A stretch of DNA of 29,650 nucleotides from Bdellovibrionota bacterium (lineage in GTDB: Bacteria; Bdellovibrionota; UBA1018; UBA923): assembly GCA_040754655.1 (NCBI GenBank), contig JBFMCE010000051.1, positions 1 to 29,650 of the forward strand, read 5' to 3'. The notes below the pieces were generated by a model, which saw nothing but the letters and a program-made list of their open reading frames with translations, was not told the origin of the DNA and ran no database searches. A program made the translations under genes and the position numbers. Below, in pieces: positions 16,442 to 24,746 of the stretch (position 1 is the stretch's first letter; each line of letters begins with the position of its first letter).

Positions 16442-17964
16442 AAAAAACCTTTCTTCTTGCGCTTTTCGTACTGCTCTTCGCCTCATGTTCTTCGGATGAG
16501 AAGTTGGTCACCAATTCCTTGCCGAACATCGGCGTCAATCCCAACCGACTGCCTCCGGGCAAATACACCCAAAGCGCTTTAGAAATTCCGGCGACAGTAA
16601 ACGACACCTATTACCTGGCGGCTGCGCCGTGGGCGAACTCAAGTCTCGTGCCTTATCTCTGGGGCTTTTCCGATCTCGAAGTCGTTTCAAGGTTTCCCAA
16701 TCTTACATTGCCCGCGGCTGAAATCGTCGTCGCGGTCATTGACACCGGCGTTGATAAAGACCACGAAGACCTCGCCGGCAGGCTCTGGGTGAACCCGCGA
16801 GAAGGCAGTGATGCGCTTTACAACAACTTCGTTGACGATGATTCCGATGGATTCAGAGATAATTTCCTCGGATGGGACTTTGTAAACAATACAAACAACC
16901 CCGCTGATGACGCCGGACACGGCACGCACGTGGCCGGAACGATCGCGGCCATCGGAAACAACTCGCTCGGGATCGTCGGCGTATCCCCGTGGGTTCGCAT
17001 CATGGCGATCAAGGTATGCAATGAAAGCGGCAGCTGCCGAAGCTCTGATATCAGAGCGGCCATCTCTTTCGCGGCTTCACACGGGGCCAAGATCATCAAT
17101 CTAAGCCTCGGAGGATTGAGCCGGGGCTCTGATGCGATCGCTTTCGATCAGGTGATCACCGAGGCCACGAATGCGGGAGTGCTCGTCGTAGCGGCGGCCG
17201 GAAACTCCACCGCAGATACGGCCCTGATGACCCCGGCAAATGCAACGCATTCCATTGCCGTAGCCGCGCACGCCAACGACGGCGGCATCTGCAGTTTTTC
17301 GAATTGGGGATGGAAAGTCGACTTCAGCGCCCCGGGCTGCGCAGTAAACGAGGGAAGGGAAGTCGCGGGGGTTCTTTCTCTCAACTCTCGCAAATGCGGC
17401 CAGAATGCAGACCAGTACTGCTCGCTTCGCAACCTCGTCGGCAATGCCTACACGCTGAAATCAGGAACCTCGATGGCTACTCCTCACGTCGCGGGTTTGG
17501 CCGCCGTGGCTTTCACCGCAAGCCCAACGGCAACTCCGCTTCAAATCCGCCAAGCACTCTTGCGAACCTCGCGAGCAGTATCAACGGGGTACAAGCACGT
17601 CGACTTCGGCGCCGGAAAAGCCTCATCAATAAATTTAATTGATGAAGCCAGAACAGCTCCCGGGATCAAGATCACCTCGCCTTTCTACGGCACGAGCGCC
17701 GAGTCGCATGCCATAGGCATCCGCATCGAAGCGCGAGACCAGCCCGTCGAATGGACTTTGAAATACAAACGATCAAGCGATGGAGAGAACTTAGACGTCA
17801 GCGATGCGACAACCATCGAGAACGGAAGCGCCGTCCTGCCGAGCAATGCGATCAACCACACGGTAAACTGGACTCCCCCCGCGAGCGGCGACTACATCAT
17901 CGTTCTTGAAGGACGGATCGGGGCCGAGCTCTACTATGACACTCACATGGTCAACCGACCGTAG
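16438..17964 (+). CDS. S8 family serine peptidase (subtilase), lipoprotein
   Basis: Lipobox FASC; triad VAVIDTG, HGTHVAG, SGTSMATPHVAG; oxyanion AAGN; acidic DDDSDGFRD insert; C-terminal beta-rich domain of about 100 aa. Confidence 0.95.
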   Translation: MKKTFLLALFVLLFASCSSDEKLVTNSLPNIGVNPNRLPPGKYTQSALEIPATVNDTYYLAAAPWANSSLVPYLWGFSDLEVVSRFPNLTLPAAEIVVAVIDTGVDKDHEDLAGRLWVNPREGSDALYNNFVDDDSDGFRDNFLGWDFVNNTNNPADDAGHGTHVAGTIAAIGNNSLGIVGVSPWVRIMAIKVCNESGSCRSSDIRAAISFAASHGAKIINLSLGGLSRGSDAIAFDQVITEATNAGVLVVAAAGNSTADTALMTPANATHSIAVAAHANDGGICSFSNWGWKVDFSAPGCAVNEGREVAGVLSLNSRKCGQNADQYCSLRNLVGNAYTLKSGTSMATPHVAGLAAVAFTASPTATPLQIRQALLRTSRAVSTGYKHVDFGAGKASSINLIDEARTAPGIKITSPFYGTSAESHAIGIRIEARDQPVEWTLKYKRSSDGENLDVSDATTIENGSAVLPSNAINHTVNWTPPASGDYIIVLEGRIGAELYYDTHMVNRP

Positions 17965-17975
17965 TGAACCCTTGA

Positions 17976-18632
17976 CTAGTTTCGTTGCTCTGCAGGCTGC
18001 CTCTTCACGGTTTCTTGATCAACGTCGATGAAGAGCTGAACCCTGCGATTCCTCGCCCTGCCATTTTCCGAGCTGTTAGTGGCCACGGGTTTTGCCTCTC
18101 CGAAACCCACCACTGACATTTGTTCTTCCTTCACGCCCCGGCTTCTCAGCACCCTTTGAACCGCTTCAGCGCGTTCGACCGAAAGTCGTTCATTGAAAGC
18201 ATCACTTCCGGTATTGTCGGTATGCCCTTCAACTCGAACCCGGTTTTCTTTGTATTTCGCGAGGATGTCACCGACCTCGACCAATTGATCGACCGCCGAG
18301 GGTTTCAGCACCGCGCTTCCGGTTTCGAACAAGAGATCATTCTTAAGATCGACAAGAATCCCATCCTTAAGCCGTTTCGTGTCTGCGACCTTTGAAAGTT
18401 CCTTTGCTTGTTTATCAAGATAGTTGCCAATGGCGGCCCCGGTCGCGGCTCCGGCCGCTGCTCCAATACCGGCGCCAGACCAACCTCCGGCGGCGCCCCC
18501 TAGAGCGCCTCCCACAGCGGCACCCGTACCCGCTCCAATTGCCGTGCGCTTGCCGGGGCTCGTGCAGCCCGACAAAAACACCATTGTGATAAGGGTCAAG
18601 AAAGTGAAAAAAGATTTAATGGGAAGTTTCAT
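17976..18632 (-). CDS. OmpA-family lipoprotein with glycine zipper (YiaD-like)
   Basis: Lipobox LSGC, GAxxGA repeats, OmpA C-domain motifs EGHTD, LSVERA, GFGE and NRRV. Start reassigned to ATG 18632 (SD GAGG). Confidence 0.92.
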   Translation of the reverse strand: MKLPIKSFFTFLTLITMVFLSGCTSPGKRTAIGAGTGAAVGGALGGAAGGWSGAGIGAAAGAATGAAIGNYLDKQAKELSKVADTKRLKDGILVDLKNDLLFETGSAVLKPSAVDQLVEVGDILAKYKENRVRVEGHTDNTGSDAFNERLSVERAEAVQRVLRSRGVKEEQMSVVGFGEAKPVATNSSENGRARNRRVQLFIDVDQETVKRQPAEQRN

Positions 18633-18641
18633 GGCCGCCTC

Positions 18642-18683
18642 GCTCGTTCTGTTGACATTGGTCTTGTTGTCAACAGAACGAGC
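18642..18683. repeat. Perfect 16-bp inverted repeat with 10-nt loop
   Basis: GCTCGTTCTGTTGACA (18642-18657) / TGTCAACAGAACGAGC (18668-18683). Confidence 0.95.
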
Positions 18684-18697
18684 AATGGCTATGCCAA
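18681..18697 (-). promoter_or_regulatory. Sigma54 (-24/-12) promoter of the OmpA lipoprotein gene
   Basis: Minus strand reads TTGGCATAGCCATTGCT (TGGCAT-N5-TTGCT), about 50 nt upstream of the ATG. Confidence 0.75.
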
Positions 18698-18714
18698 TTC
18701 TAATAGTCAGCTGA

Positions 18715-20112
18715 TCAGCTTGTCGCAGGCTGAGCGGCCTTGTTTCCTGGAGATGATTTCTCAAGGAAGTCACGAACCTTGTAGCGAGCAGCGCTGATGA
18801 TGAAAATCACCGATACAGCCAGCATCATCACAGCGAAGAAGAAGAAAAAGTTCGCGCCCTGAAAAATATTGACCTTCGAAATGTACGCGGTGAGCAAATT
18901 ACCCACGAACACCGTCAAGAGCCAGAAGCTCATGATCGTGCTCTTCATCGCTCGAGGGGCTTGAGTGTAAGCAAACTCAAGTCCAGTGATGGAAATCATC
19001 ACTTCCGCCATTGTAATGATCAGGTAAGGGATGATCTGCCAAGCCACCGAAACGATTTGACCTGCATCGATCGCCATCTGTAGGATGCCTACGAAAACAA
19101 ACGAAAACGCAGCCAAAACCATTCCGACCGACATGCGGCGAAGTGGCGTCATCTTGAATCCGAACTTCTCGATCATAGGATAAATCAGATAAGCAAAAAG
19201 CGGGATCAAAGCCATAACCATGATCGGGTTCAATGCAGCGATCTGAGAAGACTCAAGTTTCGTTCCCCAAACATTGAGATCCATTTTCTCGGCTTGTAAA
19301 ATCCAGCTTGAACTGTGTTGGTCAAACAAAGCCCAAAAAGCAGAAACAGTGATGAACACCTTGAAGATGGAAGCCGCGGCTTTGGCTCCTTCAACGTCTT
19401 CAGCGCTGTATTTATTCCTGGCAACATCCAAGAAAGACTGCCCAGGCTTGCGCTTGCTCGCATTCATAAGAGAATAAATAACGATCGGCATAAAGCCTGT
19501 TGCACCCGTCTTACCGGTCGGAGGAACATGCACGTATTGCTTGCGTCCCATCCAAAAAACGAAAGTTGCAAGGAACATCAAAATACCCGGAACACCGAAC
19601 GCCACCGAGGCGCCGTAACGAGGCAGAATCCAAGGAATGAGCAAAGTCGAAAAGAATGAACCGAAGTTGATCGACCAGTAGAAAATATCAAAAACACTCT
19701 TTACGAGATGTTTATTTTTATCAGTGAATTGATCACCGACGTGCGCCGAAACGCATGGTTTGATGCCGCCAGATCCGAGGGCGATCAGCGCCAATCCCCA
19801 ATAAAGGCCTGTCTTGGTTTCCCAAACTGCGAGAACCGCATGGCCTAAACAGTAAACCAACGAAAGATAGATGATCGTTTTGTATTTCCCAAGATAGCGG
19901 TCCGAAATGTACGCGCCAAGGAGCGGCAAGAGATAACATGCGCTAACGAACAAGTGAAAAATGCCTTTGGCATCAGGTTCTGACATCATCAAATGCTGAG
20001 TCATGAAAATAACCAAGATGCTGCGCATGCCATAGAAACTAAAGCGTTCGCACGCTTCGTTGCCTACGATGTATCTGATCTGCGGTGGAAATGAAGTTGT
20101 TTTGGTTGTCAT
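18715..20112 (-). CDS. POT/PTR family proton-dependent oligopeptide transporter
   Basis: EACERFSFYG (ExxERFxYYG), GAYISDRYLGK, GSGGIKP, FYWSINFGS and EFAYTQAP motifs; multiple TM helices. Confidence 0.95.
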   Translation of the reverse strand: MTTKTTSFPPQIRYIVGNEACERFSFYGMRSILVIFMTQHLMMSEPDAKGIFHLFVSACYLLPLLGAYISDRYLGKYKTIIYLSLVYCLGHAVLAVWETKTGLYWGLALIALGSGGIKPCVSAHVGDQFTDKNKHLVKSVFDIFYWSINFGSFFSTLLIPWILPRYGASVAFGVPGILMFLATFVFWMGRKQYVHVPPTGKTGATGFMPIVIYSLMNASKRKPGQSFLDVARNKYSAEDVEGAKAAASIFKVFITVSAFWALFDQHSSSWILQAEKMDLNVWGTKLESSQIAALNPIMVMALIPLFAYLIYPMIEKFGFKMTPLRRMSVGMVLAAFSFVFVGILQMAIDAGQIVSVAWQIIPYLIITMAEVMISITGLEFAYTQAPRAMKSTIMSFWLLTVFVGNLLTAYISKVNIFQGANFFFFFAVMMLAVSVIFIISAARYKVRDFLEKSSPGNKAAQPATS

Positions 20113-20214
20113 ACCTACCCTCGTTTAGAAAACCCGTATAGCACAATATTGACTCAATGCATTAACAAATATTCCCGTGATACACTCTAGTTTAAAGCTC
20201 TTTTAGGTGAGCAC

Positions 20215-21159
20215 ATGCATACAATTTCTCAGGGTTTGAAGGATTTGTTTTTTGAACTCGGTGACTGCAACTATGAGTGGCAGCCCCAGACCCCAGACCG
20301 CTTGCTTAATTTCCGCAAGGATCCGGTAGCATTTCGACCTCTCATACAATGGCTTGGGCTTGGACTTCCCGTATCAGAAGATTCGCTCGTTCAAGACGGC
20401 TTATCACGTTCGGTTTTCCGAACACTTTCGGAGAGAGGGTTTGTAAAAAATTCACGCTCAGCTATGTCGGTGAGCGGAAGTGGCGACCTCTTTATCATTC
20501 ATGACCACTGGCCGCCGCAGCATGGCACTGAGAAGGGTTACGTCCATTACGGAGCGGAGTCGGCCTGGCTTGCCCGTACTTGCAATCGTGACCTCGAAGG
20601 GTTTGTCGGGAAACGCGTTCTTGATCTGGGCTGTGGCTCTGGCGCTTTGATGCTTGAGGTCGCGGGCGTCGCCGATGAAGTCTTGGGTCTTGATATCTCA
20701 GAAAAGGCCGCTGAATGGGCGCAAGTCCTGGCTAGCGCCTACGGGTTTACGAATATCAAGGCTGAAGCTGCAGCAATTGGAAGCAACGCCGCGGAAAATA
20801 TTGTGGCAGGAAAAAAGTGGCACAAGGCGGTCATGAATCCGCCCATGGTGATTCCTGCCCTCGACGCGGCTTATCCGCATCGTGATGGCGGTAAACTGGG
20901 GATAGAATTACCACTTCTTTTCTTGGATTTCGCCGGACGCCATTTGACTAGCGATGGTGAAGTGCTTTGCCTGATCACGAATCCGATTTTGCACGGCAAG
21001 TCAGCCTTCTTCGATGGACTAGCAAAACAGCGTTGGGAATTCATAGAGAGATACTGCCTGCATCCGCATTTCAATCAATCAGTTGCGCGCAAACAAGGCT
21101 ATGCGGCTCGAGGAATTGAGCGCGTTGAATTGTGGTACCTGCACTTGAGAAAGGCTTAG
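20215..21159 (+). CDS. Class I SAM-dependent methyltransferase (HemK/MTS-like, NPPx motif)
   Basis: VLDLGCGSG motif I, LDIS, MNPPM motif IV, RDGG. Confidence 0.85.
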   Translation: MHTISQGLKDLFFELGDCNYEWQPQTPDRLLNFRKDPVAFRPLIQWLGLGLPVSEDSLVQDGLSRSVFRTLSERGFVKNSRSAMSVSGSGDLFIIHDHWPPQHGTEKGYVHYGAESAWLARTCNRDLEGFVGKRVLDLGCGSGALMLEVAGVADEVLGLDISEKAAEWAQVLASAYGFTNIKAEAAAIGSNAAENIVAGKKWHKAVMNPPMVIPALDAAYPHRDGGKLGIELPLLFLDFAGRHLTSDGEVLCLITNPILHGKSAFFDGLAKQRWEFIERYCLHPHFNQSVARKQGYAARGIERVELWYLHLRKA

Positions 21160-22175
21160 GAATTGAGCGCGCCTTGCTCGAGCTGCGCTCGTGAATAAAC
21201 GCCACAATCAAGCACAAGAGCCGTTACGAGCTCACGCGGAGTTACATCAAAGGCGGGGTTAAACGTTTGGCTTTCGGCAGGAGCCCAACGAACCAAACCA
21301 AAGCTCCCTACCGCTCCTCGCACTTCATCAGAGGCGCGGTCTTCGATCGGAATGCCGGCACCCGAAGCGCAATTGAGATCAACTGTCGTGTAAGGAGCGG
21401 CGGGATAGAAAGGAATCCCGTGATGTTTCGCCGAAACCGCGACGCCATAGGTTCCAATCTTGTTCGCGAAATCGCCGTTGGCAGCGATGCGATCAGCGCC
21501 GACAAAGATCCTCTGCACCTTGCCCGACCGCATGACGGTCGCAGCCATATTATCGCAAATCAAAGTGTAAGGGATTTCCAATTTTTCGAGCTCCCAAGCC
21601 GTAAGCCTTCCGCCTTGAAGCAGAGGCCTTGTCTCATCAACATAGACATGAATGCGTTTGCCTTGCTCAAATGCTTTTCTGATCACGCCGACCGCAGTTC
21701 CGATGCCTGCAGTGGCAAGCCCCCCAGCATTGCAATGAGTGAGAATCCCATCGCCGTCTTCTACCAAAGAGGCACCGTGAGTCCCGATGCGTTTGCACAA
21801 CTCGACATCTTCATCGAAGATCTCTTCAGCCAAACCGAACAATCGCGCGGGATCTACTTTGCTTTCCCGAGACGGAACCATTCGGTCAATTGCAGCCATA
21901 AGGTTGACCGCCGTAGGCCTTGCGTTTCGCAGCGCGATAGCAGCTTCAATGATTTGAGTTGAACTTGCCCCCGTTTCGGCGAATTTCGCCAAACTCAAGG
22001 CCGCAGCCACTCCGATCAACGGGGCGCCTCGCACCTTAAGTGACTTGATGTAAGAGATCATTTCGTTGGGGTGATTGCACTCAAGCCAAACCTCGCGGTC
22101 GGGCAAGAGCTGCTGGTCAAGAACCCATAGCTTTTCATCGACGTGTTTCAATCCCAGCGAAATCATGTCTTTCAT
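21156..22175 (-). CDS. mtnA: S-methyl-5-thioribose-1-phosphate isomerase
   Basis: LDQ, VRGAPLIG, ARPTAVNL, THCNAGGLAT, DETRPLLQG.RLT, GADRIAANGD.ANKIG and NPAFDVTP motifs. Confidence 0.95.
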   Translation of the reverse strand: MKDMISLGLKHVDEKLWVLDQQLLPDREVWLECNHPNEMISYIKSLKVRGAPLIGVAAALSLAKFAETGASSTQIIEAAIALRNARPTAVNLMAAIDRMVPSRESKVDPARLFGLAEEIFDEDVELCKRIGTHGASLVEDGDGILTHCNAGGLATAGIGTAVGVIRKAFEQGKRIHVYVDETRPLLQGGRLTAWELEKLEIPYTLICDNMAATVMRSGKVQRIFVGADRIAANGDFANKIGTYGVAVSAKHHGIPFYPAAPYTTVDLNCASGAGIPIEDRASDEVRGAVGSFGLVRWAPAESQTFNPAFDVTPRELVTALVLDCGVYSRAQLEQGALNS

Positions 22176-22831
22176 AGATTGCGATCTCCTAGTTTTCTTC
22201 TCATCTCGCGCAATGCTGCAATTTCCTCCGGAGGCAGTCGATTCAACCCTCCCAAACTGTGGGCAAGCAAGAGGATGTGCGCTGAATGTTCAAGCCGCTC
22301 CATCCCGTTGTAAGCCTCCATCAAGCTTTCACCCCAGCTCAGCGCCCCATGGCTGGCCAGAATCATCACGCGATGACTCGGCAAAACCGGCTTAAGGCCA
22401 TCACCCATCGACTGCGTGCCTGGCCTGGCATAAGGGATGATTGGAATGCGCCCTACCGCGAGAATCACTTCCGACAAAGATTCCGAAGGAAGTTCGACAA
22501 GCCCCGGCCTGGCAATACTCCACGCGATCGCCGCGGGAGGGTGGGCATGCACCACGCACTTGGCTTGCGAACACCGGCGGTAAACTTCAAGATGCATCAG
22601 TCTTTCACCAGACGGTTTTCCCGTAAGAATGCGATTGTCCAAGGTGATCACCGCTATATCGTCCGCCGTGATAAACGCCTTGTGTTTACCTGTCGGCGTG
22701 ATCAAGATCCGATCATCAGAAATTCGGTAACTCACATTGCCATCAGCCGCCGCAAGCATATTGCGTGAATGGAGCAAACGGCAAACATCAAGGATTTCTT
22801 GCGAGATCTGTTGCTCGTCCATAGACTTCAT
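22172..22831 (-). CDS. Class II aldolase/adducin family protein (FucA/Ald2-like)
   Basis: DGNVS, ITPTG, PSGE..MH, HAHP and SHG metal ligands; ATGA-coupled to mtnA. Confidence 0.88.
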   Translation of the reverse strand: MKSMDEQQISQEILDVCRLLHSRNMLAAADGNVSYRISDDRILITPTGKHKAFITADDIAVITLDNRILTGKPSGERLMHLEVYRRCSQAKCVVHAHPPAAIAWSIARPGLVELPSESLSEVILAVGRIPIIPYARPGTQSMGDGLKPVLPSHRVMILASHGALSWGESLMEAYNGMERLEHSAHILLLAHSLGGLNRLPPEEIAALREMRRKLGDRNL

Positions 22832-22894
22832 GGCTTATCACGCTCGCAGAAGCCTAGGCAAACGAACCGATAGGGAAGACTTAGATTTTCTGAT

Positions 22895-23686
22895 TTACTC
22901 AGGGCGATCGTACGAGAGGATGAATTCGACTCTGCGATTCTTTTTCCGGCCTTCGAGATCCTTATTCGAAGCAAAAGCTCGCCTTGGGCCCCTGCCCACA
23001 GGGGTCACTAGCCTTTCATCAAACCCATGCTTTTGAACGAAGTAATCCATGACGGAGACTGCTCGGGCCAGCGACAATTGCCAGTTGTTGGAATGCTGAA
23101 CGCCCTGCACGGGCACATTGTCGGTATGACCTTCAATAGTGATGAATCCCTTGAATCCTTTCAGGACCTGCCCCAGCAGATCAAGCTTCTTCTTGCCCTC
23201 GGTCAACAACTGACTCGAGCCCGCATCAAATAAAACCTGTTCAGAGAGCGAAAACTTCACGCGCTCTTGATTCACATCCATGCCGTAGACTTGCCCCTCG
23301 AGAAGATCTTCGATGAGAAGGCTTAAGGTCCTGTTCTCTTTCATCACATCTCGAAGCGGACGAGGCCTCTCAATCAAATCCTCAGGATAAAATCCATCCA
23401 TTCCATTCATGGTCGAATCACCAGAACCCTCTTTTTCACCCATGGGGTGCACTGAAGTGGAATGAGGGTCTTTTCCGTCTTTATAGGGCGTATTGGGATG
23501 ATTGAAATAATGGGCGACGGCCGCCTTGGTTTCTTCGTCGCTGCCCATCAACCACATCACGAGAAAGAAACACATCATCGCTGTCACGAAGTCAGCGTAC
23601 GCGACTTTCCAGGCGCCACCATGATGACCATGCCCTCCGCCGCCTTTTTTCTTCTTGATGATGATTGGCTGCTGCTCACCGGCCAT
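22895..23686 (-). CDS. motB: Flagellar motor stator protein MotB
   Basis: HGGAWKVAYADFVTAMM with the conserved Asp; OmpA-like domain EGHTD, NWQLS..RA, NRRVE. Confidence 0.95.
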   Translation of the reverse strand: MAGEQQPIIIKKKKGGGGHGHHGGAWKVAYADFVTAMMCFFLVMWLMGSDEETKAAVAHYFNHPNTPYKDGKDPHSTSVHPMGEKEGSGDSTMNGMDGFYPEDLIERPRPLRDVMKENRTLSLLIEDLLEGQVYGMDVNQERVKFSLSEQVLFDAGSSQLLTEGKKKLDLLGQVLKGFKGFITIEGHTDNVPVQGVQHSNNWQLSLARAVSVMDYFVQKHGFDERLVTPVGRGPRRAFASNKDLEGRKKNRRVEFILSYDRPE

Positions 23687-23692
23687 AGTTCT

Positions 23693-24562
23693 TTACGCCG
23701 CCTTCTTCGCCGCGCCCCCGCCCGAGGTCGCCTGGTCAACTTCAGTGAATGTTGGGCGGAATTCCGGCGGAATTGAACGGCGAGCGAATTCAACGCACAC
23801 CTTGGGTGAGCAGTTCTTCGCATAAGCCAGGAGGCAAACCTTGATGACCTGCAAAAACTTTCCTTCCGCTCCGATATTGCTTTCCATCTTCGCCGCGAGA
23901 GGTTGCATGAAACCGTATGAAAGCAAGATCCCGATGAACGTTCCCACGAGAGCGGCCGCAACGCTGTGACCGATGACTTCCTTACCCTGGGTCAATTTAC
24001 CCATGGTGATCACGACCCCGAGAACCGCGGCGACGATCCCAAGGCCAGGCATCGCATCACCGACTCGAGTCACCGTAGCCGGAGCTTTGTGCTCTTCTTC
24101 GTGGGCAGAAGTCATATCGGCATCCATCAGGTCTTCAAGGTCGTAAGGCGACATTGAACCGCTGAGTTGAACTTTCAGGGTGTCGCACAAAAAATCCATG
24201 GCGTGATGGTTCTTCAGCACCGATGGGAATTTTTTGAAGATCTCGCTGTTCTCAGGCTTATCGATGTGAGCTTCGATCGACAACGGATTGGCCTTCGCCG
24301 TTTTGCAAAGTTCGAAGAGAAGCTGCAAGAGATCCATGTAATCTTTCTGACCCGGACCTCCGCCTTTCAATACACCAACCACCTGGTGCACGATCGTCTT
24401 CAACAGCGACATCGGGCTTGAAATGAGCAATGAGCCGGCACCAGCGCCACCGATGATCAAGAGCTCGATCGGTTGGAACAAGACTTCGATGTGGCCTCCT
24501 TCTAGAAGGAAGCCTCCGAAGACGCTGATGATGACTACAAGTGCACCCACTATGGCTAGCAT
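23693..24562 (-). CDS. motA: Flagellar motor stator protein MotA
   Basis: GGH, QP.E..IIGGA, DAMPGLGIVAAVLG, ALVGTF.GI.LSYG and EFARR motifs; adjacent to motB. Confidence 0.96.
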   Translation of the reverse strand: MLAIVGALVVIISVFGGFLLEGGHIEVLFQPIELLIIGGAGAGSLLISSPMSLLKTIVHQVVGVLKGGGPGQKDYMDLLQLLFELCKTAKANPLSIEAHIDKPENSEIFKKFPSVLKNHHAMDFLCDTLKVQLSGSMSPYDLEDLMDADMTSAHEEEHKAPATVTRVGDAMPGLGIVAAVLGVVITMGKLTQGKEVIGHSVAAALVGTFIGILLSYGFMQPLAAKMESNIGAEGKFLQVIKVCLLAYAKNCSPKVCVEFARRSIPPEFRPTFTEVDQATSGGGAAKKAA

Positions 24563-24642
24563 CTTATGTTCAAGTCTCTCAAAGTTGCGGTGGTGCCCTT
24601 CGTAAAGCAGAAAACTCTCTAGAGGGCATCACCTCCTAGAAT

Positions 24643-24670
24643 TCATCGACTGGAACTGTGGGAAGCTTCA
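24643..24670 (-). promoter_or_regulatory. Possible sigma28 (FliA) promoter of motAB
   Basis: Minus strand TGAAG-N15-GTCGATGA versus consensus TAAAG/TCAAG-N14-15-GCCGATAA; motAB are commonly sigma28-dependent. Confidence 0.45.
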
Positions 24671-24746
24671 GAGAAATGTTCGAAATAGTGCGATTAGGAA
24701 TGCGTAAGATTTGCCCGTCCGCAGGAAAGCTCGGGGTAGGCAAAAA

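Noticed and set aside
16436..16447. A7 run after the ATGA overlap as a frameshift fusing the prodomain-like ORF to the subtilase
   Set aside because: The upstream stop precedes the A run, and the downstream ORF begins with a complete lipoprotein signal peptide that would make no sense internally.
18633..18773. N-terminal extension of the OmpA ORF
   Set aside because: Overlaps the POT gene and runs through the promoter and inverted repeat; the signal peptide starts at 18632.
21267..21962. Long antisense ORFs (231 aa here; also 8001-8588, 24882-25505, 26602-27150)
   Set aside because: They lie opposite well-supported genes, have no motifs, and are typical shadow ORFs.
24670..24746. Possible c-di-GMP riboswitch upstream of motA (GGCAAA-containing segment)
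   Set aside because: The remaining conserved GEMM elements could not be matched, and the segment lies upstream of the putative promoter.
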